This document shows positions 40,321 through 50,747 of a stretch of 64,000 nt of DNA, one piece after another. The number at the start of each line of letters is the position of its first letter. Position 1 is the first letter of the stretch. The stretch is from Phycisphaerae bacterium. Lineage in GTDB: Bacteria; Planctomycetota; Phycisphaerae; UBA1845; Fen-1342. The DNA lies in assembly GCA_050115495.1 (NCBI GenBank), contig JASFQK010000023.1, positions 1 through 64,000 on the forward strand. Reading direction: 5' to 3'. The position numbers were made by a program, and so were the translations under genes. Below the pieces are notes generated by a model, which made no database searches, had not been told where the DNA came from, and saw only the letters and a list, made by a program, of their open reading frames with translations.

Positions 40321-41469
40321 CTACGGCGCGACGGCGCATGGGTCCGCCGAGAACTGAGGCGTTTCGCGGCAGCGGTCGTCGGGGGCTTCGTCTTCGGCGA
40401 GCAGAACGCGCTTGAGCCGGCCGAAGCAGTGCTCCAGCGTGAAGCCCTCTCGCACGGTTCGCAGGCCCTCGGCGACGAAGTACTGGCGCAGGGTTGCGTC
40501 GCGGATCAGCAGTTCGAGCCGATCCTCCCACTCGGCGGACGTCGCCGCCAGCAGGCCGTTCTGGCCGTCACGAATCAGCTCACAGGTCTGCCCGATCGGC
40601 GAGGCGATGACCGCCGTTTCGCCGCTCATGTAGACGGTGGCCTTCAGTACGCCACGGTAGTGGCTGCGCTCGACATCCTGGAGCGGGAACAGGCCGATGT
40701 CCATGTCGAGGACTTCGGCGATCATGTCCTGCTGCGTGTAGAACGGGCGGCGCGTGTAGGGGATGCGGTCAAACAGCGGCAGGTGTTCGCTCGCGCCGAC
40801 CAGACGCAGACGCAGCTCCGGGTGGCGGGCGAAGACGCGTTCGAGCGCTTCCCAGATGACGAAGAGGTTGTAGGTCGTGCTCATCGTGCCGAGCCAGCCG
40901 ATGGTCAGCACGCTGGGCGGACGCTCCGGACGCCGGCCGCGCTGCTCGTCGAAGAGTTCGAGCTGCGGCGAATCGGGGATGATCGTGACGTTCGTGTTGA
41001 AGCGGCGGATGTAGTCGGCAGTGGCGCGGTTGATGGTCGTCACGGCGTCCACCGTACGCAGGACTTCGTGAAAAGGCTCCGGGTCCGGCGTGTACAGCCA
41101 CACGGCGTCGCCGAAGTCCAGCACGAGTCGGGCCTTCGTCTGCTGCCGCAGGGCCTGCACGAGCGGCAGCGAGAGGACCTTGGACAAATACACGATGTCG
41201 CAGTCGGCGGCCTGCTCGACGATACGCTGCTCATTGAGCGGCGTGGCGCGTTCGAACATCCGGCGAGCGACGCGGGCACCGTTGTGGCCGTGCAGCCGGC
41301 GCCACCAGGGCGGCGGCTCCTCCACCATGCGCAGCCAGTGCGGCGAGAGGCGGGCCGTGAACGTCGTCTGGAAACCGTGGACCCGCAGGAGGTCGGCGTA
41401 GATGAGGCCGCGAACCATCCCGCTGGGATAGCGGTCCCCCGCTTCGAGCACGGCCAGCATGCGCGGCAT
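40321..41469 (-). CDS. Glycosyltransferase (GT4-like)
   Basis: Start reassigned to ATG 41469, overlapping the upstream TGA. LDFGDAVW, IGWLGT, DIGLFPL..LKATVYM..IASPIG. Confidence 0.8.
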   Translation of the reverse strand: MPRMLAVLEAGDRYPSGMVRGLIYADLLRVHGFQTTFTARLSPHWLRMVEEPPPWWRRLHGHNGARVARRMFERATPLNEQRIVEQAADCDIVYLSKVLSLPLVQALRQQTKARLVLDFGDAVWLYTPDPEPFHEVLRTVDAVTTINRATADYIRRFNTNVTIIPDSPQLELFDEQRGRRPERPPSVLTIGWLGTMSTTYNLFVIWEALERVFARHPELRLRLVGASEHLPLFDRIPYTRRPFYTQQDMIAEVLDMDIGLFPLQDVERSHYRGVLKATVYMSGETAVIASPIGQTCELIRDGQNGLLAATSAEWEDRLELLIRDATLRQYFVAEGLRTVREGFTLEHCFGRLKRVLLAEDEAPDDRCRETPQFSADPCAVAP

Positions 41470-42353
41470 CAGCGTACCTCCGCCGTGCCAGCCACGGGCC
41501 GCGGTCGCTCCGGTGCCGGGGTGGCGGCTGGAGCCGGGGCTTCCTCGATGATCAGCTTCACGCGGTACTTGCGGCCCTCGTGCATGAAGAAGGCCGAATC
41601 GCCGCGGAGGAAGGTACGGGCGCGGATGATGTCGAGCAGATCGCCGGCGCGGTAGGTGCGTTCGAGGTCGATGGCGGAATGCGGCTCGATCTCGCGGGCC
41701 CAGTGGAACGTGCCGCCGTCGGGCGGTTGCGGCCGGGGCGTGAAGTCGAGCGTCGTCAGCCGCGCGTACGAGTCCTTGAAGAGCTGCACGACCTCGCGGA
41801 CGCCGCGTTCGTAGAGCGTGTCGCCGGTGTCGTGGATGTACACGGGCAGCTCGCGCTGGAAGAGGATGGGGCCGGTGTCGATGCCCTCGTCGAGCAGGTG
41901 GACGCTGACGCCGAAGGGGGTGTGCTCGACGACCGACCAGTAGTAGCCGTGCTTGCCGCGGCCGTAGGGCAGCAGCGTCGGATGGAGGTTCGCCCAGCCG
42001 ATGCCGGGCGCGGCCAGTGCTTCTTTCTTCACGATCGACGGCCACCACGCCAGGATGACCAGATCGATACGCCGCTCGCGGAGCCGGGTGATGAACGCCG
42101 GCTCGTTGACGTTTACGCGCCGGTGGCACTCGACGCCGCGCTCGTCGCACAGGGCCGCGATGCGGGCCTCGTACGGCGAATCGTCGCGGTCGCAGGTAGC
42201 CACGAACTCGATCGGATAAGGCTGCGCCAGCACGAAGCCGGCCACCTCGCAGCCCGGATGAAAGGCCGCACAGACGGCGATACGCGGACGCTTCCGGTTA
42301 GCGGCGGCGTCCGCGGGTTGGTTTGCCGCGTGGGCTCGCTCGCTCGCGCTCAT
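41469..42353 (-). CDS. Nucleotide-sugar N-formyltransferase (VioF/Rv3404c-like)
   Basis: Start ATG 42353 (ATGA overlap). NLHPTLLPYGRG, GVSVHLLDEGIDTGPI, C-terminal IRARTF...AFF..EGRKYRV. Confidence 0.85.
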   Translation of the reverse strand: MSASERAHAANQPADAAANRKRPRIAVCAAFHPGCEVAGFVLAQPYPIEFVATCDRDDSPYEARIAALCDERGVECHRRVNVNEPAFITRLRERRIDLVILAWWPSIVKKEALAAPGIGWANLHPTLLPYGRGKHGYYWSVVEHTPFGVSVHLLDEGIDTGPILFQRELPVYIHDTGDTLYERGVREVVQLFKDSYARLTTLDFTPRPQPPDGGTFHWAREIEPHSAIDLERTYRAGDLLDIIRARTFLRGDSAFFMHEGRKYRVKLIIEEAPAPAATPAPERPRPVAGTAEVR

Positions 42354-42808
42354 TTGATCGGCGGTCCCTTCTGCCAGTCGTAGCCGATGACCGGGTCGTC
42401 GTGCGGGATACGGCCCTCGTCCTGCGGGTCGTAGATGCGCGACGTGACATACAGCAGGTGCGCGGGCCCGAGCAGGCAGCGGCAGCCGTGGGCCACGCCG
42501 GGCGGAATCCGCACCACGCGGGCCGGCTGATGATCGCCCATCATCAGCTCCATCGTCTCGCCCTTGGTGGGCGAGTCCGGCCGCGTGTCGTAGAGGGCCA
42601 CTTTCAGCGTGCCCGCCGCCACGTACCACCAGTCGACCTGGTGGGCGTGGACGTGCCAGGCCTTGGCCACGCCGGTGTGCATCAGCGAGTGGCTCCACTG
42701 GCCGAAGCCCTCGCCGAAGAACTCGTCGGTCACGCGGATGATCTCGCGGAAGAAGCCGCGCTCGTCCGTGTGCGTTACCAGTTCCTGGACCACGACGCCG
42801 TCAATCAT
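42350..42808 (-). CDS. RmlC-like cupin (dTDP-4-keto-6-deoxyhexose epimerase family)
   Basis: DERGFFRE, KAWHVH, LYDTRPDSPT, IPPGVAHG, DEGRI. Confidence 0.85.
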   Translation of the reverse strand: MIDGVVVQELVTHTDERGFFREIIRVTDEFFGEGFGQWSHSLMHTGVAKAWHVHAHQVDWWYVAAGTLKVALYDTRPDSPTKGETMELMMGDHQPARVVRIPPGVAHGCRCLLGPAHLLYVTSRIYDPQDEGRIPHDDPVIGYDWQKGPPIK

Positions 42809-42888
42809 GGGCGACAGACTCCCATCTGGTCATTGTGCCTGCGTAGCCCAACCGGCCAGCATCGCCCGGTGAGCCGGGCGGCGGCCTC

Positions 42889-43578
42889 CTACGCAGTCTG
42901 ATCTTGGGGACGCGAGGCCTGGTTCACGAAATCGACGCAGATCGCGTAGGCCTGCTCCCAGAAGTGGTGGGTGCGAATGTCGGCTACGGGCCGACCGGCG
43001 GCGGTGCGGATGAAGGCCAGCAGCCGGGGCAGCGAGTAGAAGTTGTTATAGAAGCGCTGGTGGTCCCATCGCTCCGACGGCTCAGAGAACTGGATCTGGT
43101 CCTCGGCCTTGTCGGTGAACCAGCTCACCAGCACCAGCTTGTCGCGAGTGATGCGGAGCAGTTCGCCCACGGCGTCGGCGTAATTCGGCAGGTGCTGGAT
43201 CACGTGCACGTTGAGCACCTGCGGGATGGCGCGGTCGGGGATGGCCAGGCGGAAGATGTCCAGTTCGTTGAAGGTCACGTTGGGCAGACGGTTCCGGGCG
43301 ATCTCGAGCATCTTGCGGCTGATGTCGCCGCCGGTGTAGCGGTCGGGACGAGTCAGACCCCGTTGGAGCAGCGTCTGGCAGATGAGGCCCGAGCCGCAGC
43401 CGACCTCGAGAATGTTCTCGTTGGGCGAGATCTCGGTGGCCAGGTAGTTACCTAGCTGGTCGCGCCAGCCCTGCTCGTTCTTGACCCAGTACTCGTCGAT
43501 GCAGGCCGTGGCCTGACCGTTGTCCCAGTTCTGCCAGGGGCGTTCGCCGAACACGTCCACGTTCTCTTCCATCGACAT
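42889..43578 (-). CDS. Class I SAM-dependent methyltransferase
   Basis: Start reassigned to ATG 43578. ILEVGCGSG, GDISRKML, HVIQHL. Confidence 0.82.
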   Translation of the reverse strand: MSMEENVDVFGERPWQNWDNGQATACIDEYWVKNEQGWRDQLGNYLATEISPNENILEVGCGSGLICQTLLQRGLTRPDRYTGGDISRKMLEIARNRLPNVTFNELDIFRLAIPDRAIPQVLNVHVIQHLPNYADAVGELLRITRDKLVLVSWFTDKAEDQIQFSEPSERWDHQRFYNNFYSLPRLLAFIRTAAGRPVADIRTHHFWEQAYAICVDFVNQASRPQDQTA

Positions 43579-43670
43579 CAGCAACCTCGCTTTCAGGCCC
43601 GGTCCAGGCCGGGCGAAGGACTGCAAACACTCCCAGGGGCCGCCCGGCGCGCTGCGCGCGGGCGGACGAT

Positions 43671-44894
43671 CTACGTTTCCTGAATTCCGGTCAGCGCCGG
43701 CTCCCGAACCGGCGTTGGCGCCGCCGCCGGACGCGACTCGGTCTGGCGGCTGAGTATCGAGCGTAAGCTCGTGGCCACGCGCTGGACGTCGGTGTGCCGC
43801 AGGCGCAGGTGCATGGGCAGCGACATCAGCCGGGCGCTGGCCCGGGCGGCGCGGCGGCACGTACCGGCGGCATGCGCGTACATGCGGTAGGTCGTATTGT
43901 CGTGATAGTGCACGCCGGGGTGGATGCCGGCCTCGTTAAGGGCCAGCAAAACTTCATCGCGACGGTCGACCTGCACCTGGTACAGGTGGCGGGCGGGTTC
44001 GCACTCGGGCGACATGGGCACGATTTCGAGGCCGGGTGTGCCGGCGAGCAACTCGTCGTACCACGCCGCGATCTGCCGCCGGTAGGCGTTGTCGACGTCG
44101 AGGTATTGCAGGGCGACCAGGCCGATGGCGGCCATGATCGAGTTGCCGTGATACTTGAAGCCGACGTGCTCGACGTCGTAGCGCCAGCGGTAGGCGCCAC
44201 TCGTCGCCGTGCGCGAATACGTATCCTTGTTGATGCCCAGCCAGGAGTACTTGCGAGCTTCGGCGTCGAGGGCGGCGTCGGCGAGGCAGAGCATGCCCGC
44301 GTCCGCCGTCGGCAGGTTCTTGACGGCCTGGAAGCTGAATACGGCGGCGTCGGCCTCGGCTCCGACGTGCGCGCCGCCCCGCCAGCGGGTCCCGCTCATG
44401 TGGGCGGCGTCGAGCACGAAGCGGAGGTTGTGCTCTTCGCAGATCTGCTGCACGTCGCGCAGCCCGCCGGCGTTGCCGCCCATGCCGACGAAGATGACCG
44501 CCCGGGTGCGGTCGGTGATGCGCTCGCGGATCGAAGTCGGGTCGAGGCAGAGTGTTTCGTCGACGTCGGCGAAGACCGGGCGCAGGTTCTCGTACAGGAT
44601 GGCGTGATTCGTCGAGACGAAGGTCAACGGCGTGGTGATGACCTCATCGCTATCGCGCCAGCCGTCCGCTTCCTTGAACAGGCGCAGGGCCAGGTGCAGG
44701 CCGGCGGTGTTCGAGTTGAGCATGTGTGCATGCGGCAGGGCGGTGTAACGGCACCAGGCCTCCTCGAACGTCACCGTCTTGAAGCCCAGGCCGGTCCAGC
44801 CGCATTCGAGGCAGGCACGGATCTCGGCCAGCGTTTCGTCGATGCGATACGTCGGCACGAATAGCTGAATGGGCTCTAGTGCGTCGGACAACAC
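43671..44894 (-). CDS. DegT/DnrJ/EryC1/StrS family sugar aminotransferase
   Basis: GAAGGAG then GTG at 44894. NSNTAGLHL, TFVSTNHA, DAAH, FSFQAVKNL (PLP lysine), GVHY. Confidence 0.92.
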   Translation of the reverse strand: MLSDALEPIQLFVPTYRIDETLAEIRACLECGWTGLGFKTVTFEEAWCRYTALPHAHMLNSNTAGLHLALRLFKEADGWRDSDEVITTPLTFVSTNHAILYENLRPVFADVDETLCLDPTSIRERITDRTRAVIFVGMGGNAGGLRDVQQICEEHNLRFVLDAAHMSGTRWRGGAHVGAEADAAVFSFQAVKNLPTADAGMLCLADAALDAEARKYSWLGINKDTYSRTATSGAYRWRYDVEHVGFKYHGNSIMAAIGLVALQYLDVDNAYRRQIAAWYDELLAGTPGLEIVPMSPECEPARHLYQVQVDRRDEVLLALNEAGIHPGVHYHDNTTYRMYAHAAGTCRRAARASARLMSLPMHLRLRHTDVQRVATSLRSILSRQTESRPAAAPTPVREPALTGIQET

Positions 44895-45934
44895 ACTTCT
44901 CCTTCCACCATCACGGGCGGCGGCGGGGCGGATTCTTCCGTCGGCGGCCGGAGCCGGTCCTCGATCAACTCCGCCATCTGCCGGGCCCGGGCGTAGCAGT
45001 TGTGCCGGGACTGGACGAGCCGGTGGCCGGCGTCGGCGATGGTCTGCCGCTCGTCCTCGTGAGCCAGGTAGTAGGCGACCTGGTCGAGCAGGTCGTCCTC
45101 GGTGACGGGCACGTAGTGCGTGCCGGCGATCAGGCCGCTCCGGGCGGCGCCGATCGGCGTCGGCATCAGCAGCATGGTGCGCGAGGCGAGGGCCTCGTAG
45201 ACCTTGGCGTGCAGGTTGCCCCAGCGGCCGCCCGTCGTGACGAACATGCGACACGAGTTGATCGCCCGCGAGAAGTTGCGGCCGACCAGCGCCGTACCGT
45301 GGCGGTGATAGCCGAAGCCAGGATGTTTCGCGCTGAGGTAGCGGAGGCCGCGGGCGCTCAGCAGCTTCTCGTGCATGACGCGCCGCTCGGGATAGAAGTG
45401 GGTCGGCTCGGTCGTGCCGGCGGCCAGGAAGCCCACGTCGTAGACCTTCGGCTCCTGCCAGTCGTTGAAGAGACGCGGGTCGATGCAGGGCGGCAGGTAG
45501 AGGAAGCGGTCGGCGATCGTCGTATGGCCCCAGATCTGCTGCGGCTGCGGGAAGTAGGTCAGGATGTAGGTGATGCGGGCTTGCTCGACGATCTCCACGA
45601 ACTCGTCGAGGTAGTGGTCGGAGACGTCCCAGTAGTCGCCCAGCACGAACGCCGTCGGACAGCCCACGTCGGCGATGCCGGGGTGGGGGAAGCTGCGGTG
45701 ATCGCGGCGGTAGTCGAAGCTGGCGATGAGCAGGTCCGGCTTCTGGTCGCCCCAGGCGTGGCGGACAATCTCCGGGTACGAGCGGCGGAGCGGTCCCCAG
45801 GGCAGGTAGCCGGGATAGCCCCGGCCGAAGCAGCGCGTATCGAACATGGCCCGCAGCCCGGTGCGGAACGCTTCGTGGCACTTCGCCAGGTAGCGCGACA
45901 GGTTATGCCCCTGCACAAGAATGCGCATGCGCAT
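44876..45934 (-). CDS. CgeB-like glycosyltransferase (Glyco_trans_1_2)
   Basis: GGAGG then ATG at 45934. KVYDVGF, YPERR, KVYEALAS, YYLAHEDERQTIA..G. Confidence 0.75.
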   Translation of the reverse strand: MRMRILVQGHNLSRYLAKCHEAFRTGLRAMFDTRCFGRGYPGYLPWGPLRRSYPEIVRHAWGDQKPDLLIASFDYRRDHRSFPHPGIADVGCPTAFVLGDYWDVSDHYLDEFVEIVEQARITYILTYFPQPQQIWGHTTIADRFLYLPPCIDPRLFNDWQEPKVYDVGFLAAGTTEPTHFYPERRVMHEKLLSARGLRYLSAKHPGFGYHRHGTALVGRNFSRAINSCRMFVTTGGRWGNLHAKVYEALASRTMLLMPTPIGAARSGLIAGTHYVPVTEDDLLDQVAYYLAHEDERQTIADAGHRLVQSRHNCYARARQMAELIEDRLRPPTEESAPPPPVMVEGEVCCPTH

Positions 45935-47210
45935 CCACCTCCGTCGTCCAGGGAATGTGCGGGGCCAGTCGGACGCCGATGCGGCCGCTCTGGGCGTAGG
46001 CGTTGCGGACGCGTCCGGTGTCCGCGGCGCTGATGGGGATGCGTACGGCCTGTCCGTCGAAGCAGTGGCGGACATTCTCGACGGCGGCGCCGATCGCGAG
46101 GCGATAGGGGATCGGGGCCAGCAGGTCGCCGGGGATGGTCGCCCGCGAGACGTAACGGCCCGGGGCGAGATAGGGCAATTCGCTGCCGTCGGAGTGCGAG
46201 AAGCTGCGGAACAGGCCGACGTCCTCGGTGTCCGTGAGCAGCAGGCTCAGCCGCAGCCCGTGTGTGCCGGCGAGCACGTCGTACTCGACGATGACCTCGA
46301 TCGGGCGGTCGGTGGCGAAGTGCGTGCGGGCGGAGCCGTCCTGGTACAGCGACACGTTGCGCAGGCGGATGGCCGGGTCGGCGGGCAGAGCGGCAATCAG
46401 GGCGTCCACGTCGAGGGCGTCGCCCGTGTCGGCGGCCAGTTGGAGATAGTCGTCGACCACGCCCGGTGTCGGCCCGGACGAGACGATCTTGCCATCTCGC
46501 AGCAGAATCGCCCGCGGGCACAGGTGCCGCACCGCCGGCATGTGGTGGCTGACGAACACGACCGTCCGGCCCTGGGCTCGCGCGTCACGCATCCGGCCCA
46601 GTGATTTCTTCTGGAAAGCCACGTCGCCGACGGCCAGCACCTCGTCGACGATGAGAATGTCCGGTTCGAGATGCGCCGCGACGGCGAAGGCCAGCCGCGT
46701 GTGCATGCCGCTGGAGTAGCGTTTCACCGGTGTGTCGAGGAACTTGTCGACCTCGGCGAAAGCCACGATCTCGTCGAAGCGGGAGCGGATCTCGGCCTTA
46801 GTCATGCCCAGAATCGCACCGGCGAGATAGACGTTCTCGCGGCCGGTGAGCTCGGGGTGGAAGCCGGTGCCGACCTCGAGCAGCGACGCGACCCGCCCGC
46901 GGATGGTGATGCGGCCGAGCGTCGGCTCGGTGATGCGGCTGAGGATCTTCAGCAGCGTGCTCTTGCCCGCCCCGTTGCAGCCGATGACGCCCAGCGCCTC
47001 GCCCTCGGTGACCTCGAAGGAGATGTCGTCCAGCGCCCAGAACTCATCGCGGCCGTCGTCCGACCCGGCGCAGCGGGACCACGGTCGGGCGAGCAGCCGG
47101 CCGAAACGTTGTGCGGCGTGCGTCAGGGCTTCGCGCAATTGCCCCGTGGAGCGGCGACCGATGCGGTACCGCTTGCTGAGGTGCTCAACCCTGATGGCCG
47201 CGCCGGACAA
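45903..47210 (-). CDS. wzt: Polysaccharide ABC transporter ATP-binding protein with Wzt_C domain
   Basis: FWALDDISF, GCNGAGKST, GFHPELTGREN, YSSGM, DEVLAVGD..FQKK. TTG start at 47210 after AGGAG (ORF extends to 47261). Confidence 0.92.
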   Translation of the reverse strand: MSGAAIRVEHLSKRYRIGRRSTGQLREALTHAAQRFGRLLARPWSRCAGSDDGRDEFWALDDISFEVTEGEALGVIGCNGAGKSTLLKILSRITEPTLGRITIRGRVASLLEVGTGFHPELTGRENVYLAGAILGMTKAEIRSRFDEIVAFAEVDKFLDTPVKRYSSGMHTRLAFAVAAHLEPDILIVDEVLAVGDVAFQKKSLGRMRDARAQGRTVVFVSHHMPAVRHLCPRAILLRDGKIVSSGPTPGVVDDYLQLAADTGDALDVDALIAALPADPAIRLRNVSLYQDGSARTHFATDRPIEVIVEYDVLAGTHGLRLSLLLTDTEDVGLFRSFSHSDGSELPYLAPGRYVSRATIPGDLLAPIPYRLAIGAAVENVRHCFDGQAVRIPISAADTGRVRNAYAQSGRIGVRLAPHIPWTTEVDAHAHSCAGA

Positions 47211-47279
47211 ACCCGTCTCCTGTGACGCCCGCCGACTTCCTGTAGCGTCCGGGCTCTGCACCGGACGTCTTCCCGCGTT

Positions 47280-48104
47280 CTAAATCACGTCGGCGAACGA
47301 ACGTTCCGTCCGCCGGAAGTGCCGCACACCGGCCCAGAGCATCGCGCCGATGGTGACCGTGGAGATCACCTGCGCCGGCCAATACAGCGGCTGGTTGCCC
47401 GGCAGCAGGCAGTACCGAAAGCCGTCGATCACGCCGACCATGGGGTTCAGTGAGAACAGCAGCCGCCATTGATCGGGCACGACGCCGCTGGCGTAACCCA
47501 CCGGCGAGATGTAGAGCCCGAATTGGGCGATGAACGGCACGATGTGGCCGAAGTCGCGGTACTTGACGTTGAGCGCTCCGAACCAGAGTCCCACGCCCAG
47601 TGCCGCCGCCAGGGCCAGCAGCGTGAACCACGGTAACAGCACGATCCGCCAGCCCGGCCACACGCCGAACCAGCCCATCAGCACCACCAGCAGGACGCCG
47701 GCGATCCCGAAATCCACGAGGTTGCCGATCAGCCGGCTGAGCGGAATCACCAGCCGGGGGAAGTACACCTTGGAGATCAGCCCCGCGCTGCCGACCAAGC
47801 TGCCCGACGTATTGCTCAGGGCGGCGGAGAAGAGCTGCCACGGAACCAGTCCCGCCAGCACCAGCACGCCGTAGGGGATGCCGGCGGAGCTCAGCTTGGC
47901 GATGCGGCTGAAGACGAAGGTGAGGACGATCATGGTCAGCAGTGGCCGGAGGATCGACCAGAGCACGCCGACGGTGGTCTGCCTGTAGCGCAGCAGGATG
48001 TCGCGCCAGGCGAGAAACAGCAGAAGCTCGCGTGAACGCCACAGATCGTGCCAATAGCGCAGGTCCGGGCGTCCCGCTTCAATGGTGATCGTCGCGGGCT
48101 GCAT
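47280..48104 (-). CDS. wzm: Polysaccharide ABC transporter permease
   Basis: RDILLRYRQT..G..W, LISKVYFPR, NVKYRD, NPM, ERSFADVI. Confidence 0.93.
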   Translation of the reverse strand: MQPATITIEAGRPDLRYWHDLWRSRELLLFLAWRDILLRYRQTTVGVLWSILRPLLTMIVLTFVFSRIAKLSSAGIPYGVLVLAGLVPWQLFSAALSNTSGSLVGSAGLISKVYFPRLVIPLSRLIGNLVDFGIAGVLLVVLMGWFGVWPGWRIVLLPWFTLLALAAALGVGLWFGALNVKYRDFGHIVPFIAQFGLYISPVGYASGVVPDQWRLLFSLNPMVGVIDGFRYCLLPGNQPLYWPAQVISTVTIGAMLWAGVRHFRRTERSFADVI

Positions 48105-48374
48105 GCCGAGCTATATCGGACGACTTAGTACACAGATAGAGTCAAACCGCGTCCCCGGGACGAGCGACGCGCCGCGGCATCCGCGGTCGCCTCTGCTGCG
48201 TCTGTCGGCCGGTTGTGACGATGCACCGCCAGGGCTGGCGCAGATGTTGCGCGATTGACGGCATTTCGGCCCCGCATTGTTGGGGGTGTTCACCCAACGC
48301 GGGGGCATGTCCGATAGGCAAGGGTGTTGCCGGCCGGCGCCGAGCCGCGCCGGGCTTGCGCAGCGACACCAGCG

Positions 48375-49688
48375 ATGACCATATCGGCTCCTCCTCGGCG
48401 TGTTTGTTCTGTCAGCGCCACGGCGCTGCCGCGGGAGGTGAGCGCGCCGCCGCCGGCCCGCTCGCTGCGGATCGCGTTCATCACGCCGGAGTTCGTCACC
48501 GAGTCTTCACGCGACGGCGGTCTGGCCAACTTCGTGAACCGCCTCACGCAGGCGCTCCTCGCCTGCGGGCACCAGCCGGACGTCTTCACCCTCAGCAAGC
48601 AGCAGCCGACGGAGATCGATTTCGGCGGCGTGCGCGTGTATCGCACGTGGCCGCGACGCCATCCGCCGTTGCGGCGGCTCTCGCAGTGGCTGTCGCGGTT
48701 GCACTGGCGGTTGCGTTTTCCGCTGCCGCTGCCGCGGACGCACCACTATGTGTACGGGGCGCTTGCACTCGGCGAGCTCTTCAACCGCTGGGACCGCGTG
48801 CACCGCTATGACCTGGTGCACACGTCGGATTACGGCATGGCGGGGTTGTTCGTGCCGCACAGCGATGACCGCGTGCACGTGGCGCGGAGCAGCTCGACGA
48901 GCGACCTGTTCCCGCGTGTGCTGGGCCGGCCGCGTTCGATCGATTTGCGGGTCATCGCGGCGCTCGAGCGGCGGTGTTTGCGCCGGGCGGACGTCGCCTA
49001 TGCCCCAAGCGAGACGACGGCTCGGCACTACGCCGACCGCCACCGGTTACGGCTGAACGTTGTTCGTCCACCATTTTTGCTGGAGGCGCGGCCGGCGGCG
49101 GAAGTGCCGGCCGATGTGCCGCCGCGGTACATGCTGCACTTCGGCACGTTGGGCCCGATAAAAGGTACGGATTGGCTGGCGGCGACGTTGCCGCACGTGT
49201 GGGCGCAGGAGCCGGAGTTTGCGCTTGTGCTCGCTGGCAAGGAGGCGGATCCGGGTTTGGTGGCGAGTTGGCGGAAGCAGTGGGGCACGCACGCGGGCCG
49301 CGTTTTCTGGCTCGGCAGTCTGCGAAAGCCGGACCTGTACGCCGTCTTGCGGGGGGCGGTGGCGACGATACTGCCGTCACGTTGTGATAATTTTCCCAAC
49401 ACGGCCCTGGAGAGCCTGGCGCTCGGCGTGCCCGTGATTGGCACCAACGGGGCCAGCCTGGACGAACTCGTCGAGCCCGGCGGCAGCGGCGAGCTGGTGC
49501 CGGTCGATGACGTCCCGGCGCTGGCGGATGTGCTGTTGCGGGCGTGGCGTGGCGAGGTGCCATGGGTGGGGGCGGGCTTCCGGCCGCCGCGAATTCTGGA
49601 AGAGACGCGTCCGGAGTTGGCGGTGGCTCGATTGCTGGAGCTGGCGCGGGTGGGGCAGCGCTCGGGCGCGGTTACGGCGGGTATCTGA
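48375..49688 (+). CDS. Glycosyltransferase family 4
   Basis: IAFITPEF..GGLA, KGTD, PSRCDNFPNTALESLALGVPVIG. Start uncertain. Confidence 0.85.
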   Translation: MTISAPPRRVCSVSATALPREVSAPPPARSLRIAFITPEFVTESSRDGGLANFVNRLTQALLACGHQPDVFTLSKQQPTEIDFGGVRVYRTWPRRHPPLRRLSQWLSRLHWRLRFPLPLPRTHHYVYGALALGELFNRWDRVHRYDLVHTSDYGMAGLFVPHSDDRVHVARSSSTSDLFPRVLGRPRSIDLRVIAALERRCLRRADVAYAPSETTARHYADRHRLRLNVVRPPFLLEARPAAEVPADVPPRYMLHFGTLGPIKGTDWLAATLPHVWAQEPEFALVLAGKEADPGLVASWRKQWGTHAGRVFWLGSLRKPDLYAVLRGAVATILPSRCDNFPNTALESLALGVPVIGTNGASLDELVEPGGSGELVPVDDVPALADVLLRAWRGEVPWVGAGFRPPRILEETRPELAVARLLELARVGQRSGAVTAGI

Positions 49689-49793
49689 AGCGCTCCCCAG
49701 CGAGACCCGATAGTAACTCTGGTTCTGACCCGGACGCCGATACCGCGCGCACGCGGCGGCGCGACGGGTTGTGTTCTGCGCAGGTGTCGCGGC

Positions 49794-50735
49794 ATGGATT
49801 GCGCCCCGACGAAACCCAACGGTCGCGTCAGTATCGTGATCCCGACGTACAACCGGGCGCACCTGCTGGCGCAGGCCATCGACAGCGCTCTGCGCCAGAC
49901 GGCCGCCGGCCGGTGCGACGTCGTCGTCGTCGACGACGGGAGCACGGACGAGACGGCGAAGGTCGCGGCGCGGTACGGGTCGCGGATCGAGTACATCTGG
50001 CAGGGCAACGGCGGGCTGGCGGCGGCGAGAAACACGGGGATCAGTGCCCTCGGCAACGAGTTTGCCGCCTTTCTCGACGACGACGATGAATGGACGCCGG
50101 ACAAGACCGAGCGGCAGATTGCCGTGATGGAGCGCTGGCCGGAGGTGGTGTTCGTGGCGGGGCGGGCGCTGAGGCGGTTTGCGGACGGCCGGACGTTGCC
50201 GCATCCGGACCCGCCGGTGCCGTTCAACGAGCCGACCGATTTCGCGCCGTTGCTGATGGCCCGGAGCTGCCTGGTGGTGCCGATGCTGCTCGTGCGGCGG
50301 CAGTACCTGGAACAGACGGGGCTGTTCTGCGAGCGGCTGCGGCGGGTTGAGGATTATCACATGTGGACGCGGCTGGCGTGTCGCGGGCCGTGCGTCTACA
50401 TGGATGTGCCGGTGACGACGTATGCGGTGGAGACGCCGGGGGCGTTGACGCGCGATGAGGAGGGCATGCGCCAGGGAGAGCTCGCGGCCCGCCGGTTGTT
50501 GCGGCGTGAGCTGCGCTGGCGGCCGGACTGCCGGGATGTGTGGCGGCGGGGGATCGCGGATCACCTGCGGATGATGCGCGATCGGGCGTACCGGGATCGG
50601 CGGTACCTGGCCTCGGCGCGGTACGGGATCGAGTCGCTGTGGTACTGGCCGCGAGAGCGGGAGCGGTGGGAATGGGGTAAGCCGTTGCGGGCGTTGTGGC
50701 GGGCCGTTGTGCCATCGCCGGCCGTGCCTGATTGA
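49794..50735 (+). CDS. Glycosyltransferase family 2 (copy 1)
   Basis: VSIVIPTYNR, VVDDGSTD, ARN, FLDDDD, EDY. Confidence 0.9.
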   Translation: MDCAPTKPNGRVSIVIPTYNRAHLLAQAIDSALRQTAAGRCDVVVVDDGSTDETAKVAARYGSRIEYIWQGNGGLAAARNTGISALGNEFAAFLDDDDEWTPDKTERQIAVMERWPEVVFVAGRALRRFADGRTLPHPDPPVPFNEPTDFAPLLMARSCLVVPMLLVRRQYLEQTGLFCERLRRVEDYHMWTRLACRGPCVYMDVPVTTYAVETPGALTRDEEGMRQGELAARRLLRRELRWRPDCRDVWRRGIADHLRMMRDRAYRDRRYLASARYGIESLWYWPRERERWEWGKPLRALWRAVVPSPAVPD

Positions 50736-50747
50736 GAGGATGCGTTC

